This document shows positions 29,008-38,721 of a stretch of DNA of 64,000 nt, piece by piece. Below the pieces are notes generated by a model. That model worked only from the letters and a program-made list of their open reading frames with translations. It was not told where the DNA came from and ran no database searches. The stretch comes from Planctomycetaceae bacterium. Its GTDB lineage: Bacteria; Planctomycetota; Planctomycetia; Planctomycetales; Planctomycetaceae. Position 1 is the first letter of the stretch. The number at the start of each line of letters is the position of its first letter. The DNA is taken from positions 96,544-160,543 of the forward strand of contig JABISG010000147.1 in the NCBI GenBank assembly GCA_018699955.1, written 5' to 3'. The translations under genes and the position numbers were made by a program.

Positions 29008-29982
29008 ATGTCAGGCAATGCGGGCAACCACAAAGAATCCGCGATGATGGGACCACATGGAGTCATCGCGACGGTTGATGATCGTGAGGGTTTTACGGCC
29101 GAAGTTTTCGATGTCCTCTGGTCTCGGTACCGTGAGCGCGTGATTTACGCGGCCGAGTACGAGCGGATTGTCCGCGAGGCCGGTGCGACTTTCGTGAACG
29201 ATCACATTGCGCTGCGAACGTTTGCCTGCCAACAACCGTTGACGGGGATCGCCTCTATTTCGCGCGTCTTCGAGGCGCTCGGTTATGCATCGGCCGCTTG
29301 CTACAACTTTCCGAACAAGCACCTGAGCGCCATTCACTTTGGGCATCCGAATCGCGAGTTTCCCAAGGTGTTTGTTTCTGAGTTGCGGACGTGGGAATTG
29401 AGTCCGTCGGCCCAGCAGATCATTCAGAAGATCGTCGGCAGCCATCGGCCCACGATCAACGTCGAGACACTCGCGGCCATTTCCAACCTGACCGATGGAG
29501 ATGCCGGAAATCGCCCGGTGTTGCTTGACGCCATCGTTGCCCGGTTTCACGAGTTACCTTGGGATGCCCCCGAGAAAGATGACGTGGCTGCCCTGAATGA
29601 CGAAAACCAATACGCGGCGTGGGTCGCCGTGCACGGGTACAACGTCAATCACTTCACGTCACTAATCAATTCGCACGGTGTCGAGTCACTCGACGACATT
29701 GAGAAAACGATCGACGCCCTGCGAAAAGCGGGAGTCCCGATGAAGGCGGAGATTGAAGGCGCACCGGGATCGAGGCTGCGACAGTCGGCAACCGAGGCGG
29801 CGGTTATCGATGTGGCTGTTCGTAAAAACGGGCAGGAAGCCGTCATGCCCTGGACCTATGCGTACATGGAACTGGCCGAACGCGGCGACGTCATCGATTC
29901 GGAAACGGGCAAGCCGACTCGGTTCGAGGGCTTTCTCGGCCCGCAGGCAACGCATCTTTTCGAGATGACGAAGGTGAAATAG
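29008..29982 (+). CDS. DUF1338 family protein (HglS/YdcJ-like 2-oxoadipate dioxygenase/decarboxylase)
   Basis: Motifs NDHIALRTF, GYNVNHFTSLIN and TRFEGFLGP parallel HGAIRVGT, CHINHLTPR and ARFGEIEQRG of YdcJ. Divergent from the lysine-catabolism genes. Confidence 0.6.
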   Translation: MSGNAGNHKESAMMGPHGVIATVDDREGFTAEVFDVLWSRYRERVIYAAEYERIVREAGATFVNDHIALRTFACQQPLTGIASISRVFEALGYASAACYNFPNKHLSAIHFGHPNREFPKVFVSELRTWELSPSAQQIIQKIVGSHRPTINVETLAAISNLTDGDAGNRPVLLDAIVARFHELPWDAPEKDDVAALNDENQYAAWVAVHGYNVNHFTSLINSHGVESLDDIEKTIDALRKAGVPMKAEIEGAPGSRLRQSATEAAVIDVAVRKNGQEAVMPWTYAYMELAERGDVIDSETGKPTRFEGFLGPQATHLFEMTKVK

Positions 29983-29993
29983 GAAGTGATCGA

Positions 29994-30026
29994 AGAAACC
30001 CGGTTTTTCCAAAAAACCGGGTTTCT
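29994..30026. terminator. terminator-like inverted repeat (agaaacccggttttt-cc-aaaaaaccgggtttct), same family as 25683-25716
   Basis: Lies 12 bp after the stop of the DUF1338 gene and is followed by T-rich sequence. Confidence 0.5.
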
Positions 30027-30306
30027 GGCGTTCTGGCGTTCTCACGTCGTTCGTTGTGTGAATCCCCCCAATTCGCCAATTTGATACTTGCGTTCCAGAC
30101 GCGATTATGCGCAGAATCGAAAAACTGCACCGGAATTCCGTGATCCGATCTTCCCCGGTTGCGTTCTGACATCGTTCCCACACAACCGTGTTGCATACTT
30201 GCAACGTGTTGATTCGGCGCATCAGGCCGGTTCGGCCGTTCTGAAGCGGACGGTCGGCGGGATTGTTGTCGCGATCGGATCAACCGACCGCCAGAAGGAG
30301 TGCGGG

Positions 30307-30951
30307 ATGCCTGAGTTTCTCGAAACGAGTTTTATGTGGCCCACTTTGCCGGCGACCCTGCTGGTGTTGGTGTGCTGCACCTATTGGCTGATGGTGATGT
30401 TGGGAGCGCTAACGGTTGACGCGCTTCATATCGATTTTCACGACATTCACTTCGACACCGACGTTGATGGGTCACTGCTCGATCTGGGCTTTGTCCCTTT
30501 CAGGTTTCTGAACCTTGGCCGCGTGCCGTTGATGTTTTGGCTGAGCGTTTTTGGGTTGTCGGCGTGGGTGGTCTCGCGGGTGATTTTGACCAATTTTGAA
30601 CATTTGGAACCGCATAGCGGATTTGATTTTACGAATGACTCGTTAGCAATCGTGCGGGATTTCGCCATAGCTGCTGCCATCACCAAAATTCTGACACAGC
30701 CGTTGTGTGGGAAGTTCGACGTTGTTGAGCCGATTGGCTCGAAAGACCTGTTGGGCAAAACCTGCCGCGTCACGACAAATGAAGTCACAGACAAGTACGG
30801 GGAAGCAAATTTCGCGACCGATGCCGCACCGCTGGTGCTGCATGTGCGAGCGGCTGAAGAAACACTGAGTAAAGGTGATTTCGCCAAAATCGTTGATTAC
30901 TCACCGGAAGAAAACATTTATTTCGTCAAACGAGCGGAACAAGAGGTGTAA
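30307..30951 (+). CDS. YqiJ/NfeD-like inner-membrane protein (flotillin-operon partner)
   Basis: AAGGAG RBS, ATG at 30307. Three TM helices, then a C-terminal beta-rich (OB-like) region. The stop lies 2 bp before the flotillin ATG. Confidence 0.6.
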   Translation: MPEFLETSFMWPTLPATLLVLVCCTYWLMVMLGALTVDALHIDFHDIHFDTDVDGSLLDLGFVPFRFLNLGRVPLMFWLSVFGLSAWVVSRVILTNFEHLEPHSGFDFTNDSLAIVRDFAIAAAITKILTQPLCGKFDVVEPIGSKDLLGKTCRVTTNEVTDKYGEANFATDAAPLVLHVRAAEETLSKGDFAKIVDYSPEENIYFVKRAEQEV

Positions 30952-30953
30952 CT

Positions 30954-33047
30954 ATGCCAGAAAACCTGAGCACAATCCTGGTCCCTGTTATTGTCACATT
31001 GGTCACTCTAATCGGACTTGCGACTCTCTTCTCGCGATTCTATCGCAAGCCAGGGCCGGAAGAGGCCATTGTGCGGACCGGTGTTCGCGGATTGAATGTC
31101 TGCACGGGCAATGGCATGGTTGTCATTCCGTTGATCCAGGAAGCCCACGTGATGGATATGTCGGTCAAGCGGATCGAGATTTCCCGCGAAGGTGAAGATG
31201 GGTTGATCTGCCAGGACAACATCCGGGCCGACATCAAGGTTGCGTTTTTCGTACGCGTCAACAACGCGACGGAAGATATTAAGGCGGTTGCCGAGATGCT
31301 CAACCCGCAGCGGGCCTCCGACATCAACCAGTTACGCGAATTGTTCGAGGCGAAGTTCTCAGAAGCATTGAAGACCGTCGGCAAGCAGTTCGACTTTGTT
31401 TCGCTGTACACCGACCGCGACAACTTCCGCGACAAGATCATCGCCGAGATCGGCACAGACCTGAACGGTTATCGGCTCGATAATTGTCACATCGATTATC
31501 TGGAGCAGACCCGACTCGAGATGCTCAATCCGCATAACATTCTCGACGCCGAGGGCATCAAGAAGATCACCGAATTGACCACGGTCGAGAACATGGCACG
31601 GAATCACTTCGAGGTTGAAGAAGCCAAGACGATTAAGAAACAGAACGTGGAGCGTGACGAGACGCTGTACGAACTTGAACGACAACGCGTCGAGGCCGAG
31701 CAGAAGCAACAGCGAGAGATCGCTGAAATCACTGCTCGCGAACATGCCGAGGCGGCGAAAGTGCAGGAAGAGCAGCGGCTGAAGGCCGAGGCTGCCCGCA
31801 TTGCATCGGAAGAAGAAATCAAAGTTCGAGACGAAAACAAACAGCGGCAGATCATTGTCGCCATGCGTAACAAAGAGCGGACCGACAAGGTCGAAATCGA
31901 ACGCGTGGAAAAAGACCGCCTGCTGGAAGCGACCGAGCGCGAACGAGTCGTCGGCTTGGCCGACATCGAAAAAGAGAAGGCCATCGAAATCGAGAAGCGG
32001 AATATTCAAGAGGTGATCCGCGAACGCGTCGCCGTCGAACGCAGCGTGGTCGAGGAACAGGAAAACATCAAGAATACCCAGGAATTCATGGGCGTCGATC
32101 GGCTGAAACGGGTGACGGTCACCACCGCCGAAGCGACCGCGCAGGAACAATTGGTCAAGCAAGTCAAAGCGGCAGAAGCCAGCAAACAGTCGGCGGAGTT
32201 CCAGGCCGAAGAGGTTGTGGTGGAAGCCGAAGGCCAGCGGGCTGCGGCCGAGAAGCAGATGCAGGCCACCAAAATGTTGGCCGAAGCGAAAACCGCCGAC
32301 CACGCGGCGATTGGCCTGGGCGATGCCGAAGTCATTTTGGCCAAGGCCGACGCCAAAGAGAAAGACGGAACGGCCGAAGCTGCCGTCATTCAGCGCAAAG
32401 CAGTTGCGACAGCGAAGGGCGAAGAGGCCAAAGCGGTCGCCGTCGAGAAGCTGGGAACCGCCGAAGCGACCGTCATGCAGCAGAAGTTCAGCTCCGAAGC
32501 GAACGGTATCGAAGAGAAGGCCAACGCCATGAAACTCTTCGACGAAGTCGGTAAGGAGCACGAAGAATTCAAGCTGCGGCTGAACAAAGATAAGGACATC
32601 GAGATCGCAGCCATCGTAGCGCAGGAACACATCGCCGAGGCACAGTCGAACATTGTCGGCGAAGCGCTCAAGTCGGCCCGGATCGACATTGTCGGCGGCG
32701 AGACGACGTTCTTCGACCAGATTGTCAGTGCGGTTAAGGGCGGCAAGGCGGTCGATCGGTTCGTCAACAACAGCGACGTTCTCACCGACGTGAAAGGGGC
32801 GTTTTTCAACGGCAAGCCCGAGAACTTCCGCGAGAGCCTGAAAGGATTCGTCTCGCAATTTGGAATGAATTTCGAGGATGTCAAGGATATGTCGGTTGCT
32901 GCACTGATCGGCAAGATGCTGTTACAAGCCGACGATGCCGAGTCGAAGAATTCACTGCAAGGGTTGTTGAAAACGATTCGTGGTGCCGGTCTGGCGGAGA
33001 AACGCGTCGCAATGCTCGGCGTCACCGCGAGTGCAGCGGCCGATTGA
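30954..33047 (+). CDS. flotillin-like SPFH/band-7 protein (YqiK/FloT-like) with extended Ala/Glu/Lys coiled-coil
   Basis: N-terminal TM, SPFH core (VVIPLIQEAHVMDMSVKRIEI...), then a ~400-aa EA-rich repeat region; 697 aa. Confidence 0.9.
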   Translation: MPENLSTILVPVIVTLVTLIGLATLFSRFYRKPGPEEAIVRTGVRGLNVCTGNGMVVIPLIQEAHVMDMSVKRIEISREGEDGLICQDNIRADIKVAFFVRVNNATEDIKAVAEMLNPQRASDINQLRELFEAKFSEALKTVGKQFDFVSLYTDRDNFRDKIIAEIGTDLNGYRLDNCHIDYLEQTRLEMLNPHNILDAEGIKKITELTTVENMARNHFEVEEAKTIKKQNVERDETLYELERQRVEAEQKQQREIAEITAREHAEAAKVQEEQRLKAEAARIASEEEIKVRDENKQRQIIVAMRNKERTDKVEIERVEKDRLLEATERERVVGLADIEKEKAIEIEKRNIQEVIRERVAVERSVVEEQENIKNTQEFMGVDRLKRVTVTTAEATAQEQLVKQVKAAEASKQSAEFQAEEVVVEAEGQRAAAEKQMQATKMLAEAKTADHAAIGLGDAEVILAKADAKEKDGTAEAAVIQRKAVATAKGEEAKAVAVEKLGTAEATVMQQKFSSEANGIEEKANAMKLFDEVGKEHEEFKLRLNKDKDIEIAAIVAQEHIAEAQSNIVGEALKSARIDIVGGETTFFDQIVSAVKGGKAVDRFVNNSDVLTDVKGAFFNGKPENFRESLKGFVSQFGMNFEDVKDMSVAALIGKMLLQADDAESKNSLQGLLKTIRGAGLAEKRVAMLGVTASAAAD

Positions 33048-33061
33048 ACGACTTCACTTTG

Positions 33062-33146
33062 CCCGCCGTGACCACACGGCGGGTCGGCCGGCAATGCGAC
33101 GTCAAAATGATGATCGCACGTCGGCCGCCGGTGTGTTCACCGGCGG
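33062..33146 (+). promoter_or_regulatory. two strong hairpins in the flotillin-to-giant-gene spacer (7-bp and 10-bp stems), possible attenuator or processing site
   Basis: cccgccg-tgaccaca-cggcggg (33062-33083) and gccgccggtg-tgt-caccggcggc (33123-33146), with no U tract; directly upstream of the giant ORF start. Confidence 0.35.
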
Positions 33147-33155
33147 CTAAATCCC

Positions 33156-36100
33156 TTGATGCTAAATCGAGTCGCGACTCCTATGGCTACCGTCGAACAA
33201 GAATCTGCCGCTCAAGCGGCCGAGCCGGAAATCGCGCTGGAAAGCAGCACTTACGAAATCATTCGTAACCGGCTTTCTGGCGAAGGGAAAGAACTGCGCA
33301 GCCGGCTGGAAACGCTGAACCACGCCCGCAAAGAGGTCTTCGGATCGATCGAAACGGTCTTATTGGGGACGGAGCGGGTCACGACGGGACACAATTGTGT
33401 TCCCCGCGACATGGTGGCCATCGGCAACAGGTTTCTGTTCGGCTACAACGTGCATTTCGGGCTGAAGACCGAGCGTGGAATATCCGACGTCTTTTCCGTG
33501 TATGAGTTCCGCGAAAAGGCGTTTCACGAGTTGCCGCTAGACCTCATCAAATGCGAGCAATTCGAACGGGACTTCCACGACGTTCACCGCTTCTACAAGG
33601 ATGCGGAGTTTGCAAAGTTCTTTCGTCGCGGGCCGCATCTGTTTATGGTCTTCCGTGTCGGCAAGGGCGTCGGCGACATCAAAGCTTTCAAGTGGCTGGT
33701 GCGCGGCGATTCGCTCGAATACCTCGACAACCGCAGCGATCACGAAGTGGCGTTTCCCGCGCAGCACGAATTCGAATGGAAACGAACGCATCGCGACCTG
33801 CATCAGCACGGTGAGCATCCCCACATTTCGATCGAAGACCGAGTGTTTGTTGAGACGGTCGGCGGTGACCTCACCATCAAAATTGAGGACAGTACCGAAA
33901 CGGGCGAGGGCATTTACTCGGAGCCGGTGGACAACCCCGATCAGACACTCGACGATGCGGAGATTCACTATTCCATCGTCGGCAACATTGTCCTGCTGAA
34001 GATTCGCCCCTATCAGGAAGAACAAACTCGCTACATCGTTTACAACGAGAAGATCCAGCGGGCGATGCGGCTCGACTCCATCGAACATGCCTGCGTGTTG
34101 CTGCCCGACGATCACGGGCTGATTTTCTCCAACGGGTATTATCTGCAGGATGGGCAGTCGAAGACTTTCGGCAGCGGCCTGAAGGACATGCTGTTCGAGC
34201 GGCGATTTGCCGCGCCGAACGGCGAGGATTATCTCTTCGTCTTCTATCACCGCCGCTCCGGTTCCTACGTGCTGCTGCCGTACAATCTCATCTCCCAGCA
34301 GGTCGATACGCCGATTGTCTGCCACGGCTATTCCTTCTTTGAAGGCGGCGAGATGATCTGCTTCAAGGGGCAGGACGAGCCGCAGAAGCACCACGCCATT
34401 CAGCTTTGGCAAACGCCCTACGTCGGCGAGAACTACAAACCGCCCACACAAACCGATTCGTTCTTGTACAAGATTGGCAACAAGGACATTGTTCGCGGCA
34501 TGTCCGAGTGCTACGAGGTGCTCAATCTCATCGAGAAAGAGGACACCTACGCCGGCTTGTACATTGATCTGGTCAAAGAAGCCGGCGACATCGTCGATTC
34601 CTATTTCTGGATCGGCAACGAAGAGGCCGGCAACCTGAAACAGACGCTGCTCGAAATCAAGCAGGCAGCGACAGCCGCCGTTGATGAATTCGAAAAGGTC
34701 GTCCGCGTCCGTCAGAACACGGCATCCGAGACCAACCGCGTCCAAAAGCACGCTCGCGAAACACTGGCGACCGTCAATCGTGGGCGGTTCGATGCGATCG
34801 ACGGTTTCGTCAAATCGTTGGCGGAACTGCGAACCTGTCGAGGCGAGATTATCTCGCTGAAGGAGTTGCGGTACGTCGATCTGGAACTGGTCGAATCGCT
34901 GGAGAACGAAGTTGCCGAAGAGTCTGACCGACTCGCGGGCCGTTGTGTCGAGTTTCTGCTGAAGCCGGATGCGTTAAAGCCGTATCAGCAGAAGGTTGAA
35001 GAAGAACAATCGAAGATCAGCGGCCTCACGAAGGTGACCGAAGCCCGCAAGATCGAAGAAGACATCGCCACGAGTGCGAACGAACTTGAAATGCTGATCG
35101 AGATTGTCAGCAACCTCAAGATCGACGACGCCACCCAGCGGACGGCGATCATTGACAACATTTCGACGATCTTCTCGACGGTTAACCAGGCACGCGCTGC
35201 TCTGAAGAAGAAGACGCGTGAGCTGCTGTCGGTCGAGGGGATCGCGGAATTCAACTCGCAGATGAAACTCCTGAACCAGGGGGTCGTCAATTATCTCGAC
35301 ATCTGCGACACGCCGGAGAAGTGTGACGAATTCCTGACGAAGATGATGGTGCAGATTGAGGAACTGGAAGGCCGGTTCGCCGAGTTCGACGAGTTCGTCA
35401 TTCAATTGACCGAAAAACGCGAAGAGGTCTACAACGCGTTCGAGACCAAAAAGCTGGCGTTGGTCGAAGCTCGCAACAAGCGAGCCAGCGCGCTGGCTGC
35501 CGCTGCTGACCGGATTCTGAACGGGATCAAGAACCGCGTCGAGAGTTTTGAAACGATCAACGAGATCAACGGCTACTTTGCCTCGGACTTGATGATCGAA
35601 AAGGTCCGTGACATCGTCGAGCAACTCGCCGACCTCGACGATTCGGTCAAAGTTGATGACATTCAAAGCCGCTTGAAGACGGTTCGTGAAGATGCCGTCA
35701 GGCAGTTGAAGGATCGGCAGGAGTTGTACGTTGATGGCGAAAACGTCATCAAGTTTGGCAGCCGCAAGTTTACGGTCAATGTGCAACCGCTCGATTTGAC
35801 GAGCGTCTTTCGCGACGAGGAGTTGTGTCTGCATCTGACGGGTACGAATTTCTTCGAGCCGATCGTCAGCGATCGGTTGACCGCGACGAAGGACGTGTGG
35901 AACCAGGACGTGGTCTCGGAAAACCGGGACGTCTACCGGGCCGAGTTTCTCGCGCACACGATGTACCTGGCGATCGAAAATCAAGCTTCTTCAGATGACG
36001 AAGCGGATGTACCAACAGCCGAGGAATCCCGTCAACTCGATGCCGAGCAACTGCAGGCCGCCGTGGCCCGGTTTATGGGACCGCGGTACAGCGAGGGTTA

Positions 36101-38702
36101 CGTCAAGGGTGTTCATGATCACGATGCCGCGCTGATACTTCGGGCGCTGCTCGACATGGGCGCTGGCATTGGTCTGTTGCGTTTTCACACACGGTCGCGT
36201 GCTTTGGCAAACGTCTTCTGGAATCGGTTTGCCAACGGCACCGAGAAGAAGCAGATGGCTGCCAAACTGAAGGGTTTCGGAGCGGTCATCGAGCTGTTTC
36301 CCGATGCCGAGGCGCAATCGGAGTATCAGTCGCGTTTGCGAGACATGCTCGGCGAATTTGTCGCGCACAGTGAATTGTTCCCCGAATCGCTGGTTGACGA
36401 GGCGGCCGAGTATCTGTTCTGCGAGTTGATTCGCGGGGATGGGTTTGTCGTCAGTCGAACTGCGGCCAATTTGTACCGGGACTTCAACGAACATCTGACG
36501 CGCAGTAAGTTCGGTGACCGGTTTGCACAAACGGTGAAGTCGGTGCAGCGCGATCCGGCCGGCTGTTTGCTGCTGTTACGCGACTGGGTCGAGGCTTTTC
36601 TGCAGATGCGCACGAACGGCGGCGAGTCGCTGACGCTGGAATCTGAGTACGTCGATGAAGTCGCTGCGCAACTCGTCGAGAAGAAGATCGACCCACAGAA
36701 GATTGTGGAAGCCGACGTACTCTGCGAGTTGGAGGGGATGGTTGGTTCGCATCCGCGTGTGGACGGGGCCAAATACCGGCTGCATTACAACGAGTTCATG
36801 ATACGGCTTGACCAATTCAAAAAGACGGTCGTTCCTCGTTTCATCGAATACGGCAAACTGAAGAAAACGCTTCTCGAAGAGGCCCGCGAAGAGATGCGGC
36901 TGGAAGAATTTCGGCCTCGCGTGTTGACGTCGTTCGTACGCAACAAGCTGCTCGATACGGTTTACCTGCCGTTGATTGGGGACAATCTGGCAAAGCAAAT
37001 GGGGGAAGCGGGGGAGCAGAAACGGACCGATCGGATGGGGTTGCTGCTGTTGGTGTCGCCACCTGGATACGGCAAGACGACGTTGATGGAGTACATTGCC
37101 AACCGTTTGGGTATCATCTTCATGAAGATTAACGGGCCGGCCTTGGGTCACGAAGTGACGTCGCTGGACCCGGAAGCTGCGCCGAATGCCGGTGCGCGTG
37201 AGGAAGTTGAGAAACTGAATCTGTCGTTGGAGATGGGCGACAACGTGATGATCTATCTGGACGACATCCAGCACACGAATCCGGAGTTTCTGCAAAAATT
37301 CATATCGCTGTGTGATGCCACGCGGAAGATCGAGGGCGTCTACAAGGGGAAGACCCGCACCTACGATCTGCGCGGCCGAAAAGTCGCAGTTGTAATGGCG
37401 GGCAACCCCTACACCGAGAGCGGCGAGAAGTTCCAAATTCCCGACATGCTGGCCAACCGGGCCGACGTTTACAACCTGGGCGAAGTGGTGGGCGACAACG
37501 CGCCGGCTTTCGAGATGAGCTACCTCGAAAACTGCATGACTTCCAACCCCGCGCTGAATCACCTGGCGACTCGCAGCCAGCAGGACGTGTATGCCGTCAT
37601 GAAGATGGCCGCGCTTGGAAACAAGGACGGCGTGGAGTTGGATGGCAACTACTCGTTGGAAGAGTTGAACGAGATGATTTCGGCGATGCAGAAACTGATG
37701 CGCGTCCGCGACGTCATTCTGCAGGTGAACCGGGCATATATCGAGTCGGCCGCCCAGTCGGACGATTACCGCACCGAGCCGCCGTTCAAGCTGCAGGGTT
37801 CGTATCGCAATATGAACCGGATTGCCGAGAAGGTGTATCCGATTATGAACGACGAGGAACTGCAGACGCTGATTGTCTCAAACTACGAGCAGGATTCGCA
37901 GACGCTGACTTCGGGAACCGAGGCGAACATGCTGAAGTTCAAGGAGATCATGGGCATTCTAAGCGACGAAGAAGCGAAACGCTGGGACGATATCCAGCGC
38001 ACCTTCCAACGCAACGTGCGGATGCGGGGGATGGGCGAGGACGACAAGATTGGCCAGGCGATTGTCGAGCTGAGCGCATTTGGCGACGGATTGAATTCGA
38101 TCCGCCAAGCGATGACCGAGGGGGTCTCGCAACTGGCGGCGAAAGATGAAGACGACAGCGAAGTCACCGCCCGCGTTGCAGAACTGATCGGACACGTTGG
38201 CGGATTACGCGAGGGCATTGCCACCGTGTCGGAAGCGCTATCGGACGGCTTGCAGCAAGTGGGAGAACTGGTTCAGCACACTGCCGAACAATCTGCCGCC
38301 CGCGAGCCAGCTCCGGCACCGGTTGCGTTCGATTCGTCGGTCTTCAAGGAGTTGGCCGAGGCGATTCGAACGCAGGCTGCTTCACAGCAGGTCGTTCCAG
38401 AGCGGGCCGAGTCGCCGCCCGATGAAGATGGCGAACCGTCGGTCATCAGCGAATCGATTGTCGGCGGTGGTCCGGGCAGCGAGCAGAAGATTACGGTGAT
38501 CAACAAGATCCCCAGGACGATGCTCAACGTGATGGAGCAGCAATTCAAGCTGATGCATGGCTGGATGGAGCCGCTGACACAGTTGACGCATTCGCAGAAT
38601 TCCGATCTGCAGGAACTCAAAGAGTTGGTCGAAGGCTGCATGCGGGACTACGAGCAACTGATGCGCGGCTTGGGAAAAGCACGTGGGCGATCCGATTCGT
38701 AG
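33156..38702 (+). CDS. giant (1848 aa) uncharacterised protein with a single AAA+ ATPase module of the MoxR/McrB/dynein-midasin (AAA_5-like) clade
   Basis: Walker A LLLLVSPPGYGKTTL, Walker B VMIYLDDIQH, sensor region RGRKVAVVMAGNPY...QIPDMLANRADVYNL at about residues 1285-1450; flanked by about 1250 aa N-terminal and about 350 aa C-terminal mainly helical sequence. The start may be ATG 33159 or 33183. Confidence 0.8.
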   Translation: MMLNRVATPMATVEQESAAQAAEPEIALESSTYEIIRNRLSGEGKELRSRLETLNHARKEVFGSIETVLLGTERVTTGHNCVPRDMVAIGNRFLFGYNVHFGLKTERGISDVFSVYEFREKAFHELPLDLIKCEQFERDFHDVHRFYKDAEFAKFFRRGPHLFMVFRVGKGVGDIKAFKWLVRGDSLEYLDNRSDHEVAFPAQHEFEWKRTHRDLHQHGEHPHISIEDRVFVETVGGDLTIKIEDSTETGEGIYSEPVDNPDQTLDDAEIHYSIVGNIVLLKIRPYQEEQTRYIVYNEKIQRAMRLDSIEHACVLLPDDHGLIFSNGYYLQDGQSKTFGSGLKDMLFERRFAAPNGEDYLFVFYHRRSGSYVLLPYNLISQQVDTPIVCHGYSFFEGGEMICFKGQDEPQKHHAIQLWQTPYVGENYKPPTQTDSFLYKIGNKDIVRGMSECYEVLNLIEKEDTYAGLYIDLVKEAGDIVDSYFWIGNEEAGNLKQTLLEIKQAATAAVDEFEKVVRVRQNTASETNRVQKHARETLATVNRGRFDAIDGFVKSLAELRTCRGEIISLKELRYVDLELVESLENEVAEESDRLAGRCVEFLLKPDALKPYQQKVEEEQSKISGLTKVTEARKIEEDIATSANELEMLIEIVSNLKIDDATQRTAIIDNISTIFSTVNQARAALKKKTRELLSVEGIAEFNSQMKLLNQGVVNYLDICDTPEKCDEFLTKMMVQIEELEGRFAEFDEFVIQLTEKREEVYNAFETKKLALVEARNKRASALAAAADRILNGIKNRVESFETINEINGYFASDLMIEKVRDIVEQLADLDDSVKVDDIQSRLKTVREDAVRQLKDRQELYVDGENVIKFGSRKFTVNVQPLDLTSVFRDEELCLHLTGTNFFEPIVSDRLTATKDVWNQDVVSENRDVYRAEFLAHTMYLAIENQASSDDEADVPTAEESRQLDAEQLQAAVARFMGPRYSEGYVKGVHDHDAALILRALLDMGAGIGLLRFHTRSRALANVFWNRFANGTEKKQMAAKLKGFGAVIELFPDAEAQSEYQSRLRDMLGEFVAHSELFPESLVDEAAEYLFCELIRGDGFVVSRTAANLYRDFNEHLTRSKFGDRFAQTVKSVQRDPAGCLLLLRDWVEAFLQMRTNGGESLTLESEYVDEVAAQLVEKKIDPQKIVEADVLCELEGMVGSHPRVDGAKYRLHYNEFMIRLDQFKKTVVPRFIEYGKLKKTLLEEAREEMRLEEFRPRVLTSFVRNKLLDTVYLPLIGDNLAKQMGEAGEQKRTDRMGLLLLVSPPGYGKTTLMEYIANRLGIIFMKINGPALGHEVTSLDPEAAPNAGAREEVEKLNLSLEMGDNVMIYLDDIQHTNPEFLQKFISLCDATRKIEGVYKGKTRTYDLRGRKVAVVMAGNPYTESGEKFQIPDMLANRADVYNLGEVVGDNAPAFEMSYLENCMTSNPALNHLATRSQQDVYAVMKMAALGNKDGVELDGNYSLEELNEMISAMQKLMRVRDVILQVNRAYIESAAQSDDYRTEPPFKLQGSYRNMNRIAEKVYPIMNDEELQTLIVSNYEQDSQTLTSGTEANMLKFKEIMGILSDEEAKRWDDIQRTFQRNVRMRGMGEDDKIGQAIVELSAFGDGLNSIRQAMTEGVSQLAAKDEDDSEVTARVAELIGHVGGLREGIATVSEALSDGLQQVGELVQHTAEQSAAREPAPAPVAFDSSVFKELAEAIRTQAASQQVVPERAESPPDEDGEPSVISESIVGGGPGSEQKITVINKIPRTMLNVMEQQFKLMHGWMEPLTQLTHSQNSDLQELKELVEGCMRDYEQLMRGLGKARGRSDS

Positions 38703-38721
38703 CGTTCGGGCGGATCGCAAC

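Noticed and set aside
31359-32858. 499-aa minus-strand ORF inside the flotillin gene
   Set aside because: Antisense artefact of the repetitive GCC/GAA-rich coiled-coil coding region; no start context or domain.
33537-37562. Minus-strand ORFs of 404, 336 and 328 aa inside the giant gene
   Set aside because: Antisense to a continuous, well-supported 1848-aa frame; Arg/Val/Leu-rich junk translation.
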